A stretch of DNA of 64,000 nucleotides from a bacterium (GTDB lineage: Bacteria; JAHJDO01), in NCBI GenBank assembly GCA_043824255.1, contig JBDRTG010000027.1:32001-96000 (forward strand), given 5' to 3'. The number at the start of each line of letters is the position of its first letter. The first letter of the stretch is position 1. The translations under genes were made by a program, and so were the position numbers. The notes under the pieces are model-generated. The model was not told where the DNA came from and made no database searches. It saw nothing but the letters and a program-made list of their open reading frames with translations. Of this stretch, positions 56,062 to 64,000 are shown one piece after another.

Positions 56062-58533
56062 ATGTTCAGCAGATTTACAGAAAGAGCAAAACGTGTAGTT
56101 ATAATGGCAAAGGAAGAAGCTACTCGCATGAATCATCCACAGGTTGGAACAGAACATATTTTACTTGGTCTTCTTAGAGTGGGTAGTGGAGTGGCTCTAG
56201 CAGTAATTGAAAAATTGGGTATAGATTCAGAAAAGATAAGAGTGGAAATAGAGAAAAAAGCACAAACAGGTTCTCCTACATTAATACTTGGAGAGATGCC
56301 TTTAAGTCCACAAGCCAAGAGAGTTCTAGGGCTTGCTCTGGAGGAAGCGGCTGCACTTGGACATAATTATGTTGGAACAGAACATATGTTTCTTGGCTTA
56401 ATTCGTGAAAAAGAGGGAATTGCGGCTCAGGTTCTTGAACAAATGGGACTTAATTTGGAAAAGGTGAGAGCTGAAATAATGAGCCTTCTCGGTGGCGAGC
56501 CTTTAGGCGCAGCAGCAGGTCATGCAGGAGCAGGAGGGGCTGGAGCAAAGACTAAGACACCAGCGCTTGATGCATTTGGCACTAATCTCACAAAACTTGC
56601 AATTGACGGAAAGCTTGATCCTGTTATAGGTAGAAAGGATGAAATAGAGAGAGTAATTCATGTATTAAGCAGGAGGAAAAAGAATAATCCTGTTCTTTTA
56701 GGAGATGCAGGAGTTGGTAAAACAGCCATTGTAGAGGGATTGGGCCAGCAAATAGTTGCTGGAAATGTTCCTGATTCCATTAAAGGGAAAAGGCTTATAA
56801 CCCTTGATTTAGCTTCTATGGTTGCCGGGACAAAGTATCGCGGGCAATTTGAGGAAAGAATTAAAGCTGTTATGTCAGAGATAAAAAAATCAGATGATGT
56901 GATATTGTTTATTGATGAAATACATAATTTAGTAGGTGCAGGTGCTGCAGAAGGAGCAATAGATGCTTCCAGTATACTGAAGCCTGCGTTAGCCAGAGGA
57001 GATATTCAGTGTATTGGAGCAACAACTGTAGATGAATACAGAAAATACATTGAAAAGGATGCTGCTCTAGAAAGGCGTTTTCAAACAATTATGGTTGAAG
57101 CTCCGTCTGTAAAGGAAACAATAGAGATATTAAAGGGACTAAGAGATAAGTATGAAGCGTATCATAGAGTAGGGATAGCAGATGAAGCACTTGAGTCTGC
57201 AGCTAAACTGTCTGATCGTTATATAACTAATAGATTTTTGCCAGATAAAGCAATAGATGTCATAGATGAAGCTGGTGCAAAGGTTCGGCTATCAGTCACA
57301 ACTGCGCCTTTGGATGTAAAGAAACTTGAAAAGCAGCTAGATGAAGTTAGAAAGGAGAAGGAAGCAGCTATCAAAACGCAGGATTTTGAAAAGGCGGCAG
57401 AATTAAGAGATCGAGAGAAAAAGCTGAAGGATGAACTCTCTAACCAGCAGAAAGACTGGAACCGGTCAAATAAAAAGGTGTCTGCTGTAGTAACTACTGA
57501 GGTGATTGCAGAGATTGTGTCCAAGTGGACAGGAATACCGGTTCAGAGACTTCAGGAAGCAGAGGCTAAAAAGCTTCTCAAGATGGAAGAGGCTCTGCAT
57601 AAGCGTATTATTGGACAGGATGAACCAATAGAAGCAATCAGCAGGGCAATAAGACGCTCACGATCAGGGCTGAAAGATCCAAAAAGACCTGTTGGCTCAT
57701 TTATTTTTCTGGGACCTACAGGAGTAGGAAAAACGGAGCTTGCAAAGACACTGGCAGAGTTTTTATTTGGTGATAGAGATGCTCTTATACGTCTTGATAT
57801 GTCAGAGTACATGGAGAAATTTGCTGTATCAAGACTTATTGGAGCTCCTCCAGGATATGTGGGTTATGAGGAAGGTGGGTTGCTTACTGAAAAGGTAAGA
57901 AGACGGCCATACTCTGTGGTTCTTCTTGATGAGATAGAAAAGGCGCATCCTGATGTTTTTAATATACTCTTGCAGGTATTTGACGATGGCAGGTTGACAG
58001 ACAGTTTGAACCATACTGTGGATTTTAGAAATACAGTATTAATTATGACATCAAACATTGGTACACGTGATATAAAGCGCGGATCTTTGGGGTTTCGCTC
58101 TTCAGATGCGAAACTGACGTATGAGGAAACCAAGTCCAAGCTTATGAGCGAAGTTAAACAGGTGTTCAGACCCGAATTTATTAATAGATTGGACGAAGTA
58201 ATAGTGTTTCATGAACTCACTAAAGATGAACTAAAAAAGATAGTGGATTTGATGTTAAGCGATGTATATTCACGTCTCGAATCAGATAGGATAAAATTGC
58301 ATATTACTTCTCAGGTGAAGGATTTTCTTATTGAAAAAGGCTATGACCCTGTTTATGGAGCAAGACCTCTTCAAAGGGCTATACAGCGTTATATTGAAGA
58401 CCCTCTCTCTGAAGAAATATTAAGGAGAAAAATTTCCAAAGGCTCTATAATAGAGGTTGTTCAAAAGGGGGATAAATTAGATTTTAGTATAAAAAGGCAA
58501 AAAGCTGTTAACAACACAAGGAGCAGAGGATAA
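56062..58533 (+). CDS. clpC: ATP-dependent Clp protease ATPase ClpC
   Basis: Double Clp-N repeat, two AAA+ domains (GVGKT, GPTGVGKT), UVR middle domain, LGF ClpP-binding loop. Confidence 0.95.
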   Translation: MFSRFTERAKRVVIMAKEEATRMNHPQVGTEHILLGLLRVGSGVALAVIEKLGIDSEKIRVEIEKKAQTGSPTLILGEMPLSPQAKRVLGLALEEAAALGHNYVGTEHMFLGLIREKEGIAAQVLEQMGLNLEKVRAEIMSLLGGEPLGAAAGHAGAGGAGAKTKTPALDAFGTNLTKLAIDGKLDPVIGRKDEIERVIHVLSRRKKNNPVLLGDAGVGKTAIVEGLGQQIVAGNVPDSIKGKRLITLDLASMVAGTKYRGQFEERIKAVMSEIKKSDDVILFIDEIHNLVGAGAAEGAIDASSILKPALARGDIQCIGATTVDEYRKYIEKDAALERRFQTIMVEAPSVKETIEILKGLRDKYEAYHRVGIADEALESAAKLSDRYITNRFLPDKAIDVIDEAGAKVRLSVTTAPLDVKKLEKQLDEVRKEKEAAIKTQDFEKAAELRDREKKLKDELSNQQKDWNRSNKKVSAVVTTEVIAEIVSKWTGIPVQRLQEAEAKKLLKMEEALHKRIIGQDEPIEAISRAIRRSRSGLKDPKRPVGSFIFLGPTGVGKTELAKTLAEFLFGDRDALIRLDMSEYMEKFAVSRLIGAPPGYVGYEEGGLLTEKVRRRPYSVVLLDEIEKAHPDVFNILLQVFDDGRLTDSLNHTVDFRNTVLIMTSNIGTRDIKRGSLGFRSSDAKLTYEETKSKLMSEVKQVFRPEFINRLDEVIVFHELTKDELKKIVDLMLSDVYSRLESDRIKLHITSQVKDFLIEKGYDPVYGARPLQRAIQRYIEDPLSEEILRRKISKGSIIEVVQKGDKLDFSIKRQKAVNNTRSRG

Positions 58534-60839
58534 TGGCAAAAAAACGTTACGTAAGTATTTTTCTCTTTCTCTTTATTTCCTTTCTCACACTCTGCGTCTC
58601 TGAGGTATGTGCTGAGCAGGCTCCTAAGGATGTAAAAAAAGTGACCAAAGTAAGTGTGAAAGGGAATAGCAGAATAAGCACTTCCACTATTCTGAGCAGA
58701 ATAGAAACCAAGGAAGGAATGCCGTTTTTGCAGGAAGTAGTGAGCGCGGATATTGAAAGGCTGTATGAGCTTGGACATTTTCAGGATATAACTGTAGATG
58801 CTTCTGAGTTTCTTGGAGGGCTGAACATTACTTTTGCTGTTCAGGAGAGACCTGCTATTGAGAAAATTGTGATATCTGGCAATAAAAAATTAAAGCTAAA
58901 AAAGATAAAAAGAATTATGTCTATTGTCATGGGAGATACATATAATGAGAAACGTCTAAAGAGAAACGAGGAATCTATATATGAACTGTACAAAAACGAC
59001 GGATATTATGCAGCTATCGTTAGTCATACTGTTGAGGAGAAGGAGCTCGGCAAAGTTGTTGTCAATATCAAGATAAAAGAGGGGAAGAAAGTAAGGATAA
59101 AAAAGATTATTTTTGATGGAAATAGCCATTTCAGTAACTGGAAGCTAAAGAGACAAATGATAACGAAAAAAACCAGACTAAAATGGTTCCCAAAGGGATA
59201 TTATGACCCTGATAAATTAAAAGAAGATATAAAGCGGCTTAAACTTTATTACGACAAAGCCGGGTATATAAAAGCTGAGATAGAAGAAGCAGACATAACC
59301 TTTAATGAGGCAAGAACTAAGATGTATATAAGAATTCCTATTAGTGAAAATAATAGGTATTTCACAAACAAAATCATTGTAGCTGGCAATAAGAGTTTCC
59401 CTCCTCAGGAGATTATAAATATGCTGGATATGAAAAAAGGCGATGCTTTTAGTGAATATGGAGTTTCTAAGGATATTTATAATATACGAATGTTTTACGG
59501 AGAGAGAGGATATATAGACGCTTATGTGAATCCAGAAACACAGATTAATGATAAAGATAAAACAGTTGATGCAGTGTATAATATATACGAAGGGAGTATT
59601 AACTATGTTCGCCGTATTATTATTAATGGGAATCTGGAAACAAAGGACAAGGTTATTCGCAGAGAAGTAAGAATAAAGCCAGGAGAAAAGTTTGATACAA
59701 AAAAGGTTAAGCGAAGCAGGGAAAGGTTAATGAATCTAGGTTATTTCTCAATGGTAAATTTTTCTGATGAGAAAGCAGAAGAAATAAATGTCAGGGACTT
59801 GATTTGTGATGTAGAAGAAAAAAAGACAGGCAGTTTCTCCTTTGGCGGCGGATACAGCACAGTGGAGAATGCCATAGGATTTATAGAGCTTAGACAGAGT
59901 AATTTCGATATCAAGAACTTTCCGAGTTTTTCAGGCGGGGGCCAGTATGCCAGTATCCGGGCTGATATAAGCGCAAGACGGCAGAATTTTGTCCTGAGCT
60001 TTACAGAGCCGTGGTTTATGGATAAGCCTCTTTCCGCAGGGTTTGATCTATACAATAAAACCTATTATCAGGAAGAATGGACAGAAACTAAAACTGGCGG
60101 GGATATAAGAGTTGGACGCTCCATTACAGAATATACACGAGGCTCTCTTACATATAAATGCGAGAATGTAGATGTGGGCGACTTAACAGATGATGCTCCT
60201 GATGTAGTAGCGGATGATGAAGGATCAGCAACTATCAGCAGTATAACAGCCAAGATAAAAAATGATCACAGAGATAATATTTTTGATCCGACTAAAGGTT
60301 ATCTAAATGTAGTGTCTGTAGAGTGTGCTGGCGGTCCTTTTCTCGGAGATAAGGATTTTTATAAAGTAACAGGCAGCACAAGCAAGTATTTTCCTTTAAC
60401 TAAAAAGTCTGTGTTCAATATTCGTTTTAGAGCGGGAGTGGTTGACAATTATGGAAGCACGAAGCGAGTACCAGTTTATGAACGATTCTATATAGGAGGA
60501 CCAAGCACAGTTCGAGGATATGATTACAGCAGTATAGGCCCTAAAGACGATGATGTTAATGTTGGTGGAAATTCGATGTTAGTTGGTAATCTGGAGTACT
60601 CATATCTTTTGGTAGACACAACAGATACTCCAACCAAAAGTCCTATGAAGATCAGAGGTTTGGTATTCTATGATGCTGGAAACGCATGGAGAAGCTCAGG
60701 CGGTTTCTCAGGTTCACTAAAAACAAGCATAGGAACCGGTATAAGAATACTTATACCTATACCTGTTACATTATTTTATGGATATGGGATAGATAGGCAT
60801 AAAGGCAGATTTGACATTTCCATATCTTATAGTTTCTAG
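58533..60839 (+). CDS. bamA: Outer membrane protein assembly factor BamA
   Basis: Signal peptide, POTRA repeats, VRGY motif, C-terminal Phe. Confidence 0.93.
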   Translation: MAKKRYVSIFLFLFISFLTLCVSEVCAEQAPKDVKKVTKVSVKGNSRISTSTILSRIETKEGMPFLQEVVSADIERLYELGHFQDITVDASEFLGGLNITFAVQERPAIEKIVISGNKKLKLKKIKRIMSIVMGDTYNEKRLKRNEESIYELYKNDGYYAAIVSHTVEEKELGKVVVNIKIKEGKKVRIKKIIFDGNSHFSNWKLKRQMITKKTRLKWFPKGYYDPDKLKEDIKRLKLYYDKAGYIKAEIEEADITFNEARTKMYIRIPISENNRYFTNKIIVAGNKSFPPQEIINMLDMKKGDAFSEYGVSKDIYNIRMFYGERGYIDAYVNPETQINDKDKTVDAVYNIYEGSINYVRRIIINGNLETKDKVIRREVRIKPGEKFDTKKVKRSRERLMNLGYFSMVNFSDEKAEEINVRDLICDVEEKKTGSFSFGGGYSTVENAIGFIELRQSNFDIKNFPSFSGGGQYASIRADISARRQNFVLSFTEPWFMDKPLSAGFDLYNKTYYQEEWTETKTGGDIRVGRSITEYTRGSLTYKCENVDVGDLTDDAPDVVADDEGSATISSITAKIKNDHRDNIFDPTKGYLNVVSVECAGGPFLGDKDFYKVTGSTSKYFPLTKKSVFNIRFRAGVVDNYGSTKRVPVYERFYIGGPSTVRGYDYSSIGPKDDDVNVGGNSMLVGNLEYSYLLVDTTDTPTKSPMKIRGLVFYDAGNAWRSSGGFSGSLKTSIGTGIRILIPIPVTLFYGYGIDRHKGRFDISISYSF

Positions 60840-60850
60840 GAGAAGTGTAA

Positions 60851-61378
60851 ATGCAACATATTAAATATTTGCTAATTTTTTTATTTTTGTTTTGTATTCT
60901 GTCTTCAACCTGTCATGCAGCAGATGAGTTAAAGATAGGGTATGTAAATTTCTCTGTGCTGTTTGAAGATTACTATAAGACCAAGAAAGCAGAGGCAGAG
61001 TTGAAGACAGAAGCGGATAAGAGAGAAGAGAGGATAAAAGAAATTCGAGAGGAGATTAATAATATTCAGAAGAAGCGGGGATCGGGTGTGTTAAAGCAAG
61101 AGGAAAAAGATAAACAGAAAGGAGTTCTTGAACAAAAAGCTCTTCAATTGAATAGAGTTATTAGAGAAAGCAAAAGAGAACTGGAGGTTAAGAGAGAAAA
61201 AGCCATTAGGGAAATTATAAAGGACATAGAGGCTGTGATCAGAGAATATTCAGAAAAAAGTGGATATACTCTGGTAATGGGGAATCGTGATCTATTATAT
61301 GTGGATAAAAAATTGGACATTACAAAGCATATAGAAGATTTATTGAAGAAAAAAGAAATAAAGGAAAGCAGAAAATGA
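60851..61378 (+). CDS. skp: Skp/OmpH periplasmic chaperone
   Basis: Signal peptide, KIGYVN, coiled coil, GYTLV, DIT; follows bamA. Confidence 0.88.
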   Translation: MQHIKYLLIFLFLFCILSSTCHAADELKIGYVNFSVLFEDYYKTKKAEAELKTEADKREERIKEIREEINNIQKKRGSGVLKQEEKDKQKGVLEQKALQLNRVIRESKRELEVKREKAIREIIKDIEAVIREYSEKSGYTLVMGNRDLLYVDKKLDITKHIEDLLKKKEIKESRK

Positions 61379-62676
61379 CAAAAGGGAAGATTATGCAATT
61401 ACAGACAACAATAAGCAATGAAGCGAGTTGCGAAGGTATTGGCTTGCATACAGGAAATGAAACCACAATTTATTTTAAACCTGCAGATGAAAATACAGGT
61501 ATAAAATTTATAAGAGCAGATTTACCAGAAAGGCCAACAGTTAAAGCGGATATTAGTGGAGTTGTTGATACAGCCAGAGGGACTTCTCTGGGTAAAAGCG
61601 ATATAAAAGTGCATACTGTAGAGCATGTACTGGCAGCAGCAGCAGGTTTAGGGATTGATAATATGTTGGTTGAACTCAGCAGCAATGAGCCTCCTGTAGT
61701 TGATGGAAGCGCTTTGCCATTTATAGAGGCGCTGGAAGGGGCAAAGCTTGTGCAGCAAAAAGCGCCTAAGAAGTTTTTTGAAGTAAAAGAGCCTGTCTGG
61801 GTTTCAGAAAATGGTTCTTCTTTGGTTGCTTTGCCATCAAAAGATTTTCGAATCTCATTTACTATTGACTACAACCATCCTGTGCTTAATTCCCAATTCG
61901 CCTCAGTTATAATTACCCCGGAATCTTTTAAGGGGGAAATAGCCTCTGCAAGAACATTCTGTTTTCTGGAAGAGGTGGAGATGTTGCAAAAAGAAGGGCT
62001 CATAAAAGGTGGTAGTTTAGAGAATGCTGTTGTTATAGGGGACGAAGCTCTTCTTAACGATAAATTGAGGTTTGAAAACGAGTTTGTTATGCATAAGATA
62101 CTTGATTTAATAGGCGATCTGTATTTGCTTGGACAGCCCCTGAAAGCACATGTTATTGCAATAAAGAGCGGTCATTCCTTAAATATAGAGCTGGTTAAAA
62201 GACTTAAAAAAATGGGAGGGCTGGTGGATGACGATGATACGGAGACAAAAACTAGTTTAGACATAGATGAGATAAAAAAGATTCTTCCGCATAGATATCC
62301 ATTTTTACTTATTGACAGGATAACAAAGATTGAAGGAGATAAAAAGGTAGTAGGGATTAAGAATGTTACTGCAAACGAAAGTTTTTTTCAGGGGCACTTT
62401 CCAGACTATCCAATAATGCCTGGCGTACTAATTGTTGAGGCAATGGCGCAGGTAGGCGGGATTCTGTTATTGAGAAAGAAAGAGAATAGAGGAAAGACGC
62501 CATTTTTTGCTAAGATGGATAATGTCAAATTAAGACGACCTGTCAGACCAGGAGATCAACTTGTTATAGAGGTTGAGGTAATTAAGGCAAAGAGCAGAGT
62601 TGGAAGGATAATGGCAAAGGCTTCTGTTAATGGGGAAATAGTATGCGAAGCGGAATTAACATCAATCATACAATAA
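61375..62676 (+). CDS. lpxC/fabZ: Bifunctional LpxC-FabZ
   Basis: [28 protein letters not shown] (LpxC); [27 protein letters not shown] (FabZ). Confidence 0.93.
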   Translation: MTKGKIMQLQTTISNEASCEGIGLHTGNETTIYFKPADENTGIKFIRADLPERPTVKADISGVVDTARGTSLGKSDIKVHTVEHVLAAAAGLGIDNMLVELSSNEPPVVDGSALPFIEALEGAKLVQQKAPKKFFEVKEPVWVSENGSSLVALPSKDFRISFTIDYNHPVLNSQFASVIITPESFKGEIASARTFCFLEEVEMLQKEGLIKGGSLENAVVIGDEALLNDKLRFENEFVMHKILDLIGDLYLLGQPLKAHVIAIKSGHSLNIELVKRLKKMGGLVDDDDTETKTSLDIDEIKKILPHRYPFLLIDRITKIEGDKKVVGIKNVTANESFFQGHFPDYPIMPGVLIVEAMAQVGGILLLRKKENRGKTPFFAKMDNVKLRRPVRPGDQLVIEVEVIKAKSRVGRIMAKASVNGEIVCEAELTSIIQ

Positions 62677-62689
62677 AGGATAATAGAAA

Positions 62690-63460
62690 ATGACAATCCA
62701 TAATACAGCAGTCATTTCTCCAAGCGCTAAGATTTCCAAAGGTGTAAAAATCGGGCCATGGAGCGTTATAGGAGAAAATGTTGAAATAGGGAAAAACACA
62801 GAGATTGGCTCTAATGTTGTAATAGATGGCTGGACAACCATAGGGGAAAACAATAAGATATCTCCAGGGGCAGTTATTGGAACAGCTCCACAGGATATAA
62901 AATATACGGGTAAACGCACATATGTTAGAATAGGGAACGGCAATATCATAAGAGAATATGTTACGATTAACAGAGCAACAGAGACAGAGACAGAAACAGT
63001 AGTAGGGGATAACAATTTTCTTATGGCATATACACATGTGGCTCATAATTGCAGAGTAGGGAACAGTGTTATAATGGTTAATTTTTCAGCATTATCAGGA
63101 CATAGCGTACTGGAGGATGGATGTGTGCTGGCCGGTGTGGTAGGCATTCATCAAGGTGCAAGGGTTGGTAAATTTGCTATGGTAGGAGGATTATCCAAGG
63201 TGGTCAAGGATATTCCTCCATTTGCAAGGGCAGATGGCCATCCTACAAGGATATATGGACTGAATACTATAGGATTAACCAGAAAAAACATCCCTGCTCC
63301 AGTTATAGAAAAACTTAAAAAGGCTTATAAAATCTTATTTAGATCCGGCATGAATACTAGTCAGGCTATAAAAAAAATTGAGGAAGAGATTCCCTTAATA
63401 GATGAGATACAATATCTTATAAATTTTATTAGAGCATCTGATAGAGGTATATGTAAATGA
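62690..63460 (+). CDS. lpxA: UDP-N-acetylglucosamine acyltransferase
   Basis: Hexapeptide repeats, PQDIKY, IREYVTI, HVAHNC, GHS, HQ, KDIPP, GLN.IGL.R. Confidence 0.95.
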   Translation: MTIHNTAVISPSAKISKGVKIGPWSVIGENVEIGKNTEIGSNVVIDGWTTIGENNKISPGAVIGTAPQDIKYTGKRTYVRIGNGNIIREYVTINRATETETETVVGDNNFLMAYTHVAHNCRVGNSVIMVNFSALSGHSVLEDGCVLAGVVGIHQGARVGKFAMVGGLSKVVKDIPPFARADGHPTRIYGLNTIGLTRKNIPAPVIEKLKKAYKILFRSGMNTSQAIKKIEEEIPLIDEIQYLINFIRASDRGICK

Positions 63461-64000
63461 AGGATGTAATAACTAGTTCTAGGATTGGCTTGATCTCTGG
63501 GAAAGGAAAGTTTCCCATTATTTTAGCGCAAGAAGCTAGGAGAAGGGGCATGAAGGTAGTTGCTATTGCATTAAAAGAGGCAACAAATGCTGAGTTGGAA
63601 AACTATGTAGATAAAATATATTGGATCAGTATTGGAGAGATGGAAAAAGGTTTAGATATTTTAGTCAAAGAAGAGTTAAAAGAAGTTTTTATGGTAGGGA
63701 AGGTAGAAAAGAGCCTGCTGTTTAAAAATATTTCAAGAGACGGTATGATATCTAGTCTTATTAAATCTGCAGCTGATAAATTAGATAATACACTGCTAAA
63801 GGCAATATCAAATAAACTGGCTGAATTAGATATAGAGTTGCTGGATTCTACTATACTTATTAGGCCTCTTATACCTCAAAGAGGCATCCTTACAGAAAGA
63901 AAGCCTACACAAGAAGAAGTGGATGATATTAGTTTTGGGCAGAGAATAGCCAAATCGATCGCAGCGCTCTATATAGGACAAACAGTTATTGTAAAGGATA
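63457..64000 (+). CDS. lpxI: UDP-2,3-diacylglucosamine hydrolase LpxI (3' truncated by window edge)
   Basis: Not in ORF track. ATG 63457 overlaps the lpxA stop; MKDVITSSRIGLISGKGKFPII...MVGKVEK...DI.FG...IGQTVIVK. Confidence 0.85.
   Translation, partial: MKDVITSSRIGLISGKGKFPIILAQEARRRGMKVVAIALKEATNAELENYVDKIYWISIGEMEKGLDILVKEELKEVFMVGKVEKSLLFKNISRDGMISSLIKSAADKLDNTLLKAISNKLAELDIELLDSTILIRPLIPQRGILTERKPTQEEVDDISFGQRIAKSIAALYIGQTVIVKD

Overview
AT-rich bacterial chromosome window from a diderm organism (bamA-skp-lpxC/fabZ fusion-lpxA-lpxI, plus mcsA-mcsB-clpC), a gene content suggestive of the PVC superphylum or related candidate phyla (inference). Left to right: (1) a minus-strand carbohydrate-catabolism cluster (xylB, PocR-AraC regulator, sulfatase-like hydrolase, two UroD/MtaA-fold proteins, CBM9-like protein); (2) accD-folC-yjbQ; (3) an accessory block ending at tRNA-Phe/Thr with a 2244-aa protein that joins a divergent NDP-sugar dehydrogenase to an ATP-grasp domain, a second ATP-grasp protein and an atypical GalK-family kinase; (4) housekeeping genes, including a RarA-YgfA fusion, an archaeal-type thymidylate synthase and tRNA-Leu/Cys; (5) rpmE-prfA-prmC, a type IV pilus/T2SS-like cluster (pilB-pilT-pilB-pilC, sigma54 two-component pair, six pilin-like genes under a -24/-12 promoter) and frameshifting prfB; (6) dap/fol/pan/ilvE, mcsAB-clpC and envelope genes. 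The most striking non-genic signal is a set of small repeats. A four-helix-bundle (Avd/IVS-like) gene is bounded by heptad inverted repeats and has three internally deleted copies elsewhere in the window. A second AT-rich heptad family and REP-like hairpins form the prepilin leader peptides and sit in frame inside other genes. Several intergenic repeat inserts are spanned by short ORFs running from the upstream stop to overlap the downstream start, as if translational coupling were preserved across the insert. All product calls come from motif recognition only; no database searches were run.
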